Source: Macrostomum lignano
Taxonomy: Eukaryota
Direction of reading: 5' to 3'
Length of the DNA stretch: 64,000 bases
Assembly (NCBI GenBank): GCA_002269645.1
Contig: NIVC01000932.1
Coordinates: forward strand, 124,001-188,000
The notes below the pieces were generated by a model that did no database searches, had not been told where the DNA came from, and saw only the letters and a program-made list of their open reading frames with translations. Shown in pieces: positions 1 through 62,984 of this stretch (position 1 is its first letter; every line of letters starts with the position of its first letter). A program made the position numbers and the translations under genes.

Positions 1-319
1 TGGCTTTGCTACCTAGACAGCTAAAGTAGAAGAGGGGATCAGGGAGGTCAATGAGGGGGAAGCAATGAGAGGAAGATCAATGAGAGGGAGATCACTGAGA
101 GGGAGATCATTGATCTCCCTCTCAGTGATTCGGATTGTAATCTCCCTCTTAGCTGCAGGATGGTCCGTAGACACAGTGGGGAAGCGAGGTCGCCCATTCC
201 GATAGCCCCTGAACCCCACAAACAGGCAGAGGCGTGAGGCCGGTCAGGGTGGTCCGCCGGTCCTGCTGCGTGATCTTCCGTAGGGAAGAAAGTGGCTCGT
301 CTTGTCTGTCAGACCTCGT

Positions 320-1960
320 CAATAGACGGGTTCGGCCCGAGGTAGCGTAGTCGGTCTCTGGTTAAAGAAAGGGCAGTGGCAGACAAAGTATTGAGCATCT
401 TCGTTGTCGTATTCGCAAAGAGGGCAAATTTCACAGAGAGAGCATTGCATCAAGCGTTTCCCCTGGGTTATTCGTGGACGTGCCGTCGGTGCGTTTTACC
501 GAGGAAAGCTTAGACATTTTGTCCAGAGTAGGTGCTTTCAAAATTCTGGAGGTGGGGTGTGAGCCCTCTAGCTCCTCGCAGTAATGGCGCCATTTTTTAG
601 CTTTAGCGTTCTTCCTAAACTGCCCTTTTAACTCATGGATTTCCTCATGGTAGGTGGTTTAGTCCGCAAGGCTCTTGGTTTTAGTTGCTATGTGTGGAGT
701 CTCTTGGCTCTGCAACGGAGGTTGCCGAGCTCGGGATTCTACCACAGCGCAGATTTTTCCCTTTATCGGCTTTTAAAGGGCAGGATGCCTCAAAGGCTAC
801 GGTTAGCGGTTCTGTCAGCACAGTCCGCACTCATCCGCTTCTTGACTTGAGGTGATCGTGGATGCCCGAAGACTGATGTAACTCCTTAAGGGCGAGCCTA
901 TCCCAAAGCCTAAAGGTATCTCAAAGCCTAAAGGTATCCCAAAGCCTAAAGGTATCCCAAAGCCTAAAGGTGTCCCAAAGCCTAAAGGTATCCCAAAGTC
1001 TAAAGGCATCCCAAAGTCTAAAGGCATCCCAAAGCCTAAAGGTATCCCAAAGCCTAAAGGTATCCCAAAGCCTAAAGGTATCCCAAAGCCTAAAGGTATC
1101 CCAAAGCCTAAAGGTATCCCAAAGCCTAAAGGTATCCCAAAGCCTAAAAGTATCCAAAAGCCTAAAGGTATCCCAAAGCCTAAAGGTATTCCAATCAGTG
1201 TTTCTGGCGTTCCGTCTCCACGTGATGCGATTCGCGCTGCGCGCTGCCATCAGATTGAAGGAGATGAACTTGTGATCGGAGAGGGAGGACACCGGAAGCA
1301 CCCGCCACGCCCCCAGTGCTTTGTAAGAGCCTGGGTGTTAGGCTTTGCAATCTCCGTGTGTTTGCGTTTGGTGACTTTAAGTAATTGATCTTTACCCATG
1401 CAGTCTTTGACTTACTCTGCCTATCAATAGCTATTTTATTGGCTGACCGTGGTCGTTAGAAGCTGTATTTTTTGTTAATTAAAATATACACGCAAAAATT
1501 GTCTTGGAATTGTTGCCAATTTGGTATTTATTGTTTTTTGCTTTGAAAATGATGAACTGACAAATCGCTCTGTGACCCGCGGACATCACAATCCGGAAAT
1601 CGCAAAGCAAATCTTAGTTTTTCGACCGGATATTTGAACCTGCATGTGACTTGATCTGGGGGGACTGCAACAAGTACCCCTTGACAAAGCAAAGCAGCTT
1701 GAGATATCCGGGGGAGATCAGAGGCACTTGCAACTTCTAGGAGGAGATCAGAAAGCACTTGCAATTTCCGGGGGGGGGGAGATCAGAAAGTACTTGCGTA
1801 CTATCTGGGTAGGCCGGATAACATATAAGGCACGGATATCCCAAAGTACCATCGTATAACACCGGCAACCATGAGCTCGTAGTTTTTAGCCGAGCAAAGC
1901 TCGACCAGCGTAGAGATTGAGGGTTCTGGGGACGACCGCTGATTCACCAGGAGGCTGGCG
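320..1960 (-). mobile_element. Decayed APE-type non-LTR retrotransposon (R1/LOA-like) ORF2 fragments; RT domain absent
   Basis: Minus-strand pieces in ORF2 order: LVELCSAKNYELMVAG (~1865-1915, just before the endonuclease GDxN motif), WRVLPVSSLSDHKFISFNL...RNARNTDW (~1190-1305, endonuclease SDH end), AFEASCPLK, W*NPELGNLR (WWN motif with a stop), AKKWRHYCEE, KRTDGTSTNNPGETLDAML, then CPLCEYDNEDAQYFVCHCP (~365-425, C-terminal CCHC-like finger). Multiple stops and frameshifts. Clade assignment is motif recognition, not a search. Confidence 0.75.
899..1187. repeat. 18-bp minisatellite (GGTATCCCAAAGCCTAAA), ~16 copies, inside the LINE remnant
   Basis: Direct tandem periodicity; reads (WDTFRL)n on the minus strand. 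Confidence 0.95.
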
Positions 1961-1979
1961 TCACTCGCATCGACTTGAC

Positions 1980-2200
1980 CAACGAGGAGGAGGGGCAAAT
2001 CAGCCTCCCAGAGCCTGCATCTTTGCGGCCAAAACGCTTAGCGCGTGGCTCAAATCGAGCCTGTCTAACAGGGACATCTGCGTCATCCAATCTGAGGACC
2101 TTTCCTGAGAAGACCACCCTCATTGCCTCGATTTAGTTATAGCAGGCGATACAGACTCGGATCGACCAGTCGGTCAACGCCTCCCCGCATGCTCAGGTAG
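1980..2200 (+). mobile_element. Plus-strand fragment of a non-LTR retrotransposon AP endonuclease
   Basis: PRACIFAAKTLSAWLKSSLSNRDICVIQ (~2007-2090), EKTTLIASI and LDLVIAGDTDS (2127-2159) resemble successive APE-domain motifs, in different frames. Confidence 0.6.
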
Positions 2201-2589
2201 TAGACGGGGTTCACTTTCCTCAATGAACTGACGGTCCAGGTCCAGGCTAGGTCCAGGCTAGTTTCTATACAACCTGGCCTTCTGGCTGTTAAAGGTGGAG
2301 CGAGAGCAGACCGGCTCAAGATGCACCAGGAGGCGATCCTGGCCTGGTCTGCGGTTGCGCGGTTGCCGGATGCAGCAGCGCTAATTGCCTTTCCGGGCTA
2401 GGAGTTGCTGCCGTTTGCTTCAGCTTCTTGTTACGACCCTGTTACGGTCAAAGGGTAACGCCTTTACCCCTGAGCCGTAGCCAAAGGAACCTGAACACCC
2501 ACAGATATACGCGACCACTGTGGACTCGCCGCATACCCCGTGAGGTCAAAGGTACGTAGCACCTTCACCTCAGAGCCCTAGCGAGAGAT

Positions 2590-2935
2590 AAGTCAATGAG
2601 AGGGAGGTCAATGAGAGAGAGGGAGAGAGAGACGTCAATGAGAAGGAGGTACATGTAAATGAGAGGGAGTTCAATAGGAAGTAGAGACAGGTACAAATGA
2701 GATGAGAGAGAGGTCAATGAGAGGGAGAGAGGCAGGTACAAATTAGAGAGAGGTCAATGAGAGGGAGAGATCAGGCAGGTTCAAATGAGAGAGAAAAGTC
2801 AATATGAGGATGAGAAGCAGGTTCAAATCAATCAAATGCGAGAGAGAAGTCATGAAATGGGAGGGTAGAGGCAGGTACAAATGAGAGAGAGAGGTCAATG
2901 GGAGGGTGAGAGGCAGGTATAAATGAGAGGGCGGG
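2590..2935. repeat. Degenerate purine-rich repeat (AGGTCAATGAGAGGGAG-like), related to bases ~45-125
   Basis: Recurring GGTCAATGAG and AAATGAGAG motifs on both sides of the LINE remnant. Confidence 0.6.
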
Positions 2936-3375
2936 CATAAGGAGACAGAAAATCAGAGATCCGAACAGCCAAAGAAGGCAACAAGCAGAAGTCCGATTAC
3001 CTTCAACTTCAAAAGATTTTTAATGAAAAAAAAACAAAAAACCGCGCACTCATGCAGGCAAAAGGAAGCGGAAAAATTTGGTACCGTTTATTTGACTCAA
3101 TATCATACCACAGCTCGTATATACGTTTGATTGTAAATTGCTCGCATCGAATACTTTGTACGCGACTAAGATTGTAGAAACTTGGTGGGCTTTACTTTTA
3201 ATTACTGGCAGTTGTTTAAATTACCGTAAAAAAAGTGAACTTGGTCCAAAACCTAATTAGTGGCAGCCAGTAAGACTATACCAGTAGTAAGTCAGTACAT
3301 ACTGTGTCAATACAAATGATTTGTGTTACCAATCAATCAGTACGCTGCTATTAATTATGCTGTCTCAATGCTTAT

Positions 3376-5740
<2,365 letters not shown>

Positions 5741-6546
5741 TAGATTCGATTTCGCTCAAAACAAGAAAAACACAAGAGATAAGAGATAAGACTCCAGACT
5801 ATAAGCAGTAAAGCAAACGCACACAGGAGAGTAAATTAAATGCAAGTAGTCAGATAGGAAGCGCCTCTCGTTTTATTCGTGCTTTTCTGGGGTTGGTGGG
5901 CGGTGGGGTGGGTTGGATTTCCATTTCAGGTCCATGCAGTCCAGTCACACCAAAAACACCATTTATCGTCTTCACAGCACAAAAAGGGGTGTTGGGGTTG
6001 GTCCATGTACAGCGGTCCCACCCTTTACTTTTCTGTCCTATTTATGGCAGGCCCGCGCGCGACAGAAAAAAAGCCAGCCGCCCAGCTATTAAACCCCAAA
6101 GACGGCTCATATGTACATCGGCCGCCCCCCGTGCGTGTTGTAATCGAGAGCAAAGAGACAATCATTCCATGTACTTAGATTGCTGCCTACATTCAGCGTC
6201 CAACTAATGCTAATATAACAGACTAGACATACTAATGTATAGTTAAAGAATTGCAGAAAGCATCAGTCCCACTAAATACTAATGATATAATGACTAACGC
6301 TTAACAGTCATCCAGATTGAAAACGTACAGTCTATTAAATGGCCCAGTAAAATTTTTATTGAGATTATTGAGCTTCACAGATCACAGTCCATTTTTTATT
6401 TTCTTATATGAATACTATTTATTAAGCTTGCTTTTTAAACAAAACCCAAAATGTTAATTGAAGCATAAAAGCATGCTAATTGCTGGCGAGTAGAGACAAC
6501 TGGCTAGCAACTTGATATCTAGCTGAGCAGTGATTTTACAGAGAAA

Positions 6547-8738
6547 GGGGATGTCAACTTAAGCACCAGAATGGAGCCCGAAGTTCAGCTCCGGACCAAA
6601 CCGACTGCAATCGATAACTTGTCGGCCCAGACGACTAGAATCGCCGAGACATCCCATCCGGCTCCCTTCCTTGGGGTCCCAGGGGATAAAGGGGATAAAA
6701 TGGGGATCTCATGTCAACTTAAGGCTCTGGAATGGAGCCCGAAGTTCAGCTCCGGACCAAACCGACTGCAATCGATAACTTGTCGGCCCAGACGACTAGA
6801 ATCGCCGAGACATCCCATCCGGCTCCCTTCCTTGGGGTCCCAGGGGATAAAGGGGATAAAATGGGGATCTCATGTCAACTTAAGGCTCTGGAATGGAGCC
6901 CGAAGTTCAGCTCCGGACCAAACCGACTGCAATCGATAACTTGTCGGCCCAGACGACTAGAATCGCCGAGACATCCCATCCGGCTCCCTTCCTTGGGGTC
7001 CCAGGGGATAAAGGGGATAAAATGGGGATCTCATGTCAACTTAAGGCTCTGGAATGGAGCCCGAAGTTCAGCTCCGGACCAAACCGACTGCAATCGATAA
7101 CTTGTCGGCCCAGACGACTAGAATCGCCGAGACATCCCATCCGGCTCCCTTCCTTGGGGTCCCAGGGGATAAAGGGGATAAAATGGGGATCTCATGTCAA
7201 CTTAAGGCTCTGGAATGGAGCCCGAAGTTCAGCTCCGGACCAAACCGACTGCAATCGATAACTTGTCGGCCCAGACGACTAGAATCGCAGAGACATCCGC
7301 TGTGCCACTATGTCCCGCTATGTGCTGCTTTGCTGCCATTAAGCAGGACTAATGTGTGAACGAGAGGCACAAACCGTATCAGTGGCTGCCGTCAGCCGGC
7401 TTCAGTGAGCCCACCCGATTAGACGTTGTTATCGAGACCTCGATGGCAAAGTACAACCGGGCGCATCCAGGTTTTGAATCATTTAAACAGCTGCCACCGT
7501 CATGGACAGGGCTATCGTTGTTCGAATTCGGTCAGAATTTCATGCGCCGAGTGCTCTTGTCCAACGAACTGGACGAAATTGAGCAGCTGCACTTCAACTG
7601 TGATCTGAAGCGTGCCCCCCTGCTAACACAAAGGCATGGATTGCTGTCAACCCGCTGGATCCAAAAAGCTCGGGGTTCCCCGAATTTACACAGTGAATTT
7701 GTCAGAGGTTTCGGTGGATCCGTATCAACTAAATCAAGCCGATTATTACATTCAAAACATTCGTGTCAAGGAGGTTCTCGGTAGCTACGAAGGTGACTCC
7801 TGGAGAGACTTTGAGTTACACATCCGAGCCGCCGGGAGTATTGGAAGTTTCGGCAAGAGACGCCGCTAGAAAACTGGAGCAACCTACTCGGTCGGTGGCA
7901 TCCGTCTTGGATTTTTCTAGCTGTCGTTTTCTCGCGCCATGATTCGAAATCCTACCGCGTGATTCTTAGAGTGTGTGACAGCAGCGGACAATCGCTTTGG
8001 TTTTAGAGATCCAGGATTGCAACTTCTTCATGGCTACTACTCATCAGCAAAAGCTGGAAGTAGGACTGCAGGCCGCCATTGTCATGTAATGGCAGTGCTC
8101 AAACTCCTGGGCTGCTACGCTTACCACCAAGATAGCTATCGAAGGTCTGGTGCTAGCCTTCGCTTTGTTGATTCCGCTCTTCCACGCAGTCTTGTTGCCA
8201 GACTTTATGCCAGAGAAAATGCTTTACCACAGCAGCGGAAGCCGACTGAGCAACCGTCTAGCGGCCAGCAAGAGGAGTTTCAGTCACCCCAAGGAAGGGA
8301 GCCGGATGGGATGTCTCGGCGATTCTAGTCGTCTGGGCCGACAAGTTATCGATTGCAGTCGGTTTGGTCCGGAGCTGAACTTCGGGCTCCATTCCAGAGC
8401 CTTAAGTTGACATGAGATCCCCATTTTATCCCCTTTATCCCCTGGGACCCCAAGGAAGGGAGCCGGATGGGATGTCTCGGCGATTCTAGTCGTCTGGGCC
8501 GACAAGTTATCGATTGCAGTCGGTTTGGTCCGGAGCTGAACTTCGGGCTCCATTCCAGAGCCTTAAGTTGACATGAGATCCCCATTTTATCCCCTTTATC
8601 CCCTGGGACCCCAAGGAAGGGAGCCGGATGGGATGTCTCGGCGATTCTAGTCGTCTGGGCCGACAAGTTATCGATTGCAGTCGGTTTGGTCCGGAGCTGA
8701 ACTTCGGGCTCCATTCTGGTGCTTAAGTTGACATCCCC
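6547..8738 (+). mobile_element. TIR DNA transposon (2192 bp), AAA|TTT flanks with no TSD, Spy/PHIS-like, arms built from 161-bp tandem units
   Basis: Left end AAA|GGGGATGTCAACTTAAGCACCAGAATGG and right end CCATTCTGGTGCTTAAGTTGACATCCCC|TTT are exact inverted repeats; ~4.6 copies of a 161-bp unit on the left (6550-7297), ~2.8 inverted copies on the right (~8287-8738). Confidence 0.85.
7356..8250 (+). pseudogene. Degenerate C-terminal part of a transposase inside the TIR element
   Basis: Frame-shifted pieces FMRRVLLSNELDEIEQL, AWIAVNPLDPKSSGFPEFT, DPYQLNQADYYIQNI, FLAVVFSRHDSKSYRVIL, LHGYYSSAKAGSRTAGRHCHVMAVLKLLG follow, from memory, the order FP..YQL..A.SY / SRH / GxYCxCKxGxRTxGxCxH of SWIM-tailed DDE_Tnp_4-type transposases; the first two Cys positions are degenerate. 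No search run. Confidence 0.55.
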
Positions 8739-10474
8739 TTTCCAGCCAAGCGCGTGACACAACCTTTCCTTGGCCGAAGGTCATTAATTATTTGCGTAAA
8801 AAGTGTCGGCTGGAATTTCGTTGTTGCGTCTAATACAAGTGCTTCTGATGAGCCGCATTTTTAGAGTTCGGAATAATTGGAAATGGCGCATTTTTAATTG
8901 CGTACCTTATAAAATTCGATATTACAAGTATAACAAAAAGCAACTCGAATCTATCGAGTTTTTGTCTAAAATAAGAAACGATTAAATAAATTTTATTTTC
9001 ATTTTTCAAATTCTCCGTCGGCATTGCAGGCTCTCAAGTACGTCTCTGTATTAGGTTATATAATACCTGGGCGTATATATTTATGCAAATGGCTATTATT
9101 GCTTAGGTATTGCTGCTAATATATAGCTAATAGCAATTTTATGCGTCGTCTTGATATAAAATCAGGTGTAAAAAAACAATAACTATTGTAGCAACTTGAA
9201 TGAAAAAATATAATACACGAATAATAATTTTAATTAGTAATGCACTAATAAACATTTCGTAATACAATTCAGTAGACTATTAAAAGGGACGAAATCACAT
9301 TAATTAAATCCTGAAAGTTTATTACAGAACCAAGTTAATAAATTGAACTAAAAAGTACAAAAAAACGGACCCAATGGCTGTGTAGTTAGTTATAAACATT
9401 TTAATTGTCAATAAGACTAGAGTTGGCTAGCACTGGGCGTTCAGTCCAAATGGGGGCTAAGTACACGCTTATAATTAGTGTAGTAGTCATGAGCTGCAAT
9501 TGCAATTAATTAATTGTTGACTCAGTCCAAACAGAAGTATTAATTATAGCCAGATCAGCCAACATAATATATAGCTGCAGCAGAAGTTTCAATGGCAACG
9601 ATTTTACAAAGCACAATAACTGACATAGCATTTGGAATATATGGTAATTAAGTCACAGATTGACATGATTACGAGCTGCCCCTGTGCAATAAAGACAAGA
9701 ATTTACCATTTACCAGTCCTCGAATTCATATAGTATTGATTAGCACGGAACAGATCTTAGCAAAAGAATATTACTATCGGCAATTAGTGAGTCAACACAA
9801 ACATTATAGCATATATATATATAAATGAAAAAGATATTCACCTTGGATAACAGGTAGCGAGGCAATTAAAAATCAATACAAGCATACAATACTAAAAAGC
9901 GTAGAAAAGCATATTCATCGAAATACGACACGAGAGGATTATACTAAATTAGGCATTGATCTCAAGCCCTAGCAATTATTGCATTTCTCAACCAATCAGA
10001 TTCGTGCACGTCATTAGCTCCGTTAAATGTACATGAATGTACATATTGAAATCCTTATTCTCTCACCTTGAAGCCCAGCTATTGGTAAAGCAAAAAGTAT
10101 CAGCTCTGATTGGCTGATTGGTGTGAACTGTACTGTGTGGGCTGGGTGAGTACTCGGTACTCGTTTGATTTTCTTTCCTAGAAATTTCAGAAAACCAACT
10201 TTCAAAAGTGATTTTTCTCGTTGAAGATTAAAAAATAAGCTGCACAGATCAGTATTCTGTAGTCACTACTCGATCAACCCTGGTTAGACTACTCGGTACT
10301 CGATATTCGAGGTCACTGAACCAATATTCACCCAGCCCTGTCTGCCCACCCACTCGCCACGACTTTTCCCATCCGAACCATTGAAATTCAAGTTGGCGCA
10401 TTTTAATTGGCTACCAGGCTGAGCCTCCGCTACAGTTGGACTTGAAGAGCCAATCAGAACAGAGTCCAAAGTGG

Positions 10475-34349
<23,875 letters not shown>

Positions 34350-35799
34350 TCGATCGGCAAGGCCTGCGCTTGTCAGTGCACCAGAAGTGTACAGCAAAGT
34401 AGTAAAGGCTGCTACCTGCTGCTATCAGCCGCTCTCCGTTCTCTTATCGTTGGGTTAACACTGGCTCTTGGTAGCCCTCCCTAGAGCGCTAAATTTTATT
34501 GAATCGACCTCCCACTGCCAGCCGTTCCTCACCCCTAATCTCCCTCCTCTGTCTTCCCATCCCCTCCACCACTCTCTCCCTCTTCCCCCGACAAGACGGG
34601 AGGACGGACACGAAGTCCTCACTATTGGCCAGGGGAGTAAACAGAGAGGGGAAGAGAGGAGCAGTGAGCCAGAGCGAAGTGGTCGCCCGCCCGTGTCCAT
34701 ACGACCCCCCACCCCGGCAGCGGGCGTGTAGCGAGGGAGGCCCCTGGGAATGCGGTGCGCACCCTGCTACTGCCATGCCGCTCCTGTACCTCCCGCAGCT
34801 GGCATGATTCTATCCCCCAGCCCAGTCCAGCATGGTTGGGGGGTTTATCGGCTGATTTTTGTAAAATTGAAGCTGTCCCAGAAAGCTGGGGGAGCATTAA
34901 AGCAAGTTGCATGGGCAAGCGCACGCTTCAGACAGACAGTTGGTCAGACACACAACATCCCATCCTCCATGCGGGGGTTGATAGCCTTCCAGTTCCCTGC
35001 AGCCTTGGGAGCTGAAAGTTGTAAAAAAATACAAACAGCTTTGGCCTGCTGCTGCACTTTGTGCACCGAGTAGCTGGCGAGATTGCGGCACTTGACTTGA
35101 TCGACGAGACAGACAGAGAGGGAGCGGGGAGAAAAGGGAGTGAAACTAAAAGAGTGGCTAAGAGAGTGATGAGGTTTGGCTGCCGAGAGAGAGAGAGGAA
35201 ATTCTTTGCTTCAAGAAATTTGCCGCCCAGACACTGTGGGCATTGGTTAAGATGATTAAAACGTGTTCCCGCAGCCGGACAGAATGCAGCATGAAGAAGT
35301 GTACCAAAGAAAAATTCCCAGAGGCTGCCTGCCGACGGATGACTCATGCGGAACACAGGAGAGGAGTAAGTCAAATGCGTTCACAGCAGGATCTTTCGCG
35401 TCATCTGGGCAGTGCAAATACTCAACTCAAAAAAGCACTCAGCATACGGAACCAGGTGCGCGCTGATATTGGAAGGCAGAGGGTATCTATAGGCAATGAG
35501 TCACTCACCCGACCTGGAATATTCAGAAAAATAATCGTTGTACGCTGGAAGAGGTCTAAGAACTACTATTAAGAGACCTTACCTTAGTCATTTGGGCCTT
35601 GAGTGCAATTGGCCAGGGGTTGTACGAGGGCCAACCAGCCCCCAAGGCGCAGAAAGTGTACATGCCTGACGATTAGAAAGTCAGGGATGCTGTACACCCT
35701 GCGTGAGCGTGTGTGTGAGTGCGTGCGTACACATATACACATAAATATTGGATCAGACTAAAATTTCACGAAATTGAGTGTGGGGAGTTTAGAGGATGT

Positions 35800-36111
35800 G
35801 TGCACCCTGGCGAACTTTAAGCGACATTGTCGCACAACCGGCGAGAGGCATTACTGCCCATTCCGCCGACTCCCCTGAGCAGGCACACAAACGCGCGGAT
35901 ACGTACGCTGTCATACGCACAGGCACACACTCACACAGGAGTGTACAGCGGCCCTAACTTTATTTTATCATTAGGCATGTACACTTCACTGTGCCTTGGG
36001 GGTTGGCCCAAGCCGAGATTCCAATTTAGCCACAAATTAATGTGACTGCACTTGGAATCGAGCCTGGGCCGCTGGCACATCAGAGAACTGGGCCAGACTT
36101 CTGGGCTACGG
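35800..36111 (-). mobile_element. tRNA-derived SINE-like repeat, copy 2
   Basis: Reverse complement reads CCGTAGCCCAG...CTCTGATGTGCCAGC...GGCTCGATTCCAAGTGCAGTCACATTAATTTG...AAGTGTACATGCC..., colinear with copy 1. Partial related copies at ~11215-11290 (-) and ~35625-35725 (+). Confidence 0.65.
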
Positions 36112-36777
36112 ATATTTCAAATATGTTTGAAAAAAGCAAGCGGAGCTTGATCAGTAATGCAGAATATGCTTTAAAATTAGTCAATTAGCCGAAAAGTTCA
36201 ATAGCTTTAATAGAAAACTTTTATTAGTCGAATTTTATTAAAGTACGCGGTGCACTACTATCAGCAGGCAGCTCGGGCTCAAGCGCAAAGAAAAACTTAC
36301 AGAGCCGGAGAATGCAGAGAAGGATAAAAAAGCATTTGAAACCCCAGTCTGTCTCTCAGTGCCTAACCGACTTGGTGTATTGCGGAACAATGAAAATGTA
36401 CAGAACTTCAGCCAGTAATGCAGTATAAGTCCCAGCTATTGTGCTATAATTTACTTAACATCAGTAGTATATATGCATCTTACTTCAACTATAATTTCAA
36501 CTATAGAAGTAATCATTTCTTAATAAAACGTATGAATTAAGCAATAAAAATATGAATATATACTATAATATAACTTTCCTATTATATAACTATACCGTAG
36601 TTTAGCCAGTGCAACAAAGGAATCAAAGCAGAGAGATTAATAGGAGATTCATTAAAGAAAAAACAGCAAAACAGTCATGCGATGACGATAAAGTACTGAA
36701 TATCAATAATTATAATTATAGCCAGTCTAGAGCCTCCGTGAGCCTGCGCCTGTTAGAGTCTCAGCGAATTTAGAAGG

Positions 36778-37000
36778 AAAATCTCACCTTAAAGAAATGT
36801 AGGGATTCAAAATCTCACCCCATAGAAATGTAGGGATTCAAAATCTCACCCTAAAGAAATGTAGAGATTCAAAATCTCACCCTAAGGAAATGTAGGGACC
36901 CTCAATCTCACCCTAAAGAAATTTAGGGATCCAAAGTCTCACCCTAAAGAAATGTAGGGATCCTAAATCTCACCTACTAATAAATCTCAGGACTCAAAAT
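36778..37000. repeat. ~31-bp degenerate minisatellite (AAAATCTCACCCTAAAGAAATGTAGGGATTC)
   Basis: About 7 diverged copies. Confidence 0.8.
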
Positions 37001-37719
37001 CTCCAACCGCCCAGTTCACTCAGCCCCCAAAGGCGCAGGCTCAGCTACACTTCAGCACTGAGCCAGTTAGTCTAGCACTAATTAATAGTTAATTAAACAA
37101 CCTGTAGTAAAAGTTGAGACACAAACACAAAGAAGACCGATAGCTCAGCTGAGGAAGTTCTGAATTAGTACATCTCAGACCCTGTGCTGCAAATTCACAG
37201 GTAAGCAGAATAGATGATAGATAGATTAATGACATCAATCAGAAGACGGCATAATAAAAAATTAAGGAAGGAAAAAAATGAAACGCAATGTGAGCGCAAA
37301 TTTAGAAAAAAGGAAAATAAAAAAATGAAAATATAGCATAAGTAGTATGCCTAGCGCATGACTAGAATTATAACAGATAGCATTGGTGACATAAAATATA
37401 AAAAATGTATAAACGAATACGATATTTCGTTGCGCCAGACTAGAAATGTGCTTGCTAATAAAAAATGGAACAGTTTATACTACTGAAAGCGTAAGCCGAT
37501 TCCAGTAGTAAGAAATGTGTATCTAAACGTGTGCATATAAATGTTTTATTAATAAAATAGGAAAAAAATAATGTTCTAGCAAAAACGGATAGGCTGTTGC
37601 TCTCGGGGCGAGAACAATTGACTAGAAGTGAGCAGCAAACTCGGCAGCAGTTCGACGGGGAAAAATGGGCAGGCAGGGGGAGACAGAACTCACGACAGGC
37701 TGACGAACTCTGATTTCTT

Positions 37720-38010
37720 TCATCTAGTTCACATCCTAGGTGTGTCAATTCCTCAAAATCTCACACTATGTGTCTCAAATTCCTTAAAATCTCACATCCT
37801 AGGTGTGTCAAATCCTCAAAATCTCACACTGTGTCAATTCCTCAAAATCTCACACTCTGTGTCTCAAATTCCTTAAAATCTCACATCCTAGGTGTGTCGA
37901 ATTCCTCAAAATCTCACACTCTAAGAGTGTCAAAATTCTTCAAAATCTCACACTCTAAGAGTGTCAAATCCTCAAAATCTCACACTCTAAGTGTGTCAAG
38001 TCCTCAAAAT
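37720..38010. repeat. ~32-bp degenerate minisatellite (TCCTCAAAATCTCACACTCTAAGTGTGTCAA) downstream of the CADPS stop
   Basis: About 8-9 diverged copies sharing AAAATCTCAC with the 36778 array. Confidence 0.8.
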
Positions 38011-38165
38011 CTCATAACCCAAGCCTGAACTCTCACAGAGCAAAGCGAAAAGGCCTCAAAACAGTCCAGTCGGTCACCATGCAGGGTCACATACAAAAAG
38101 TGGCAATGGCGGGTTACTGCAGGACAAGCGCCTGAAAAAGAAACAGTCAATTCACTCTCTCTTCT

Positions 38166-62921
<24,756 letters not shown>

Positions 62922-62984
62922 CTTGGAAGGGACGAGGCGGCGAGATCAAAGGTTTAATAACAGTTTGATAACTAATGGAGTACT

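Noticed and set aside
6037-6047. CCTATTTATGG upstream of the calponin-family gene as a CArG or MEF2 site
   Set aside because: Seven A/T bases rather than six for CArG and a mismatch to MEF2; not distinguishable from chance without conservation data.
6571-7359. Four identical 122-aa ORFs (MEPEVQLRTK...) and their minus-strand twins at 8284-8762
   Set aside because: Translations of the 161-bp transposon arm unit; no domain-like content.
34900-35600. Possible LINE C-terminal remnant (HCGHW, CRR, DSCG fragments)
   Set aside because: Motifs too fragmentary to support without a translated search.
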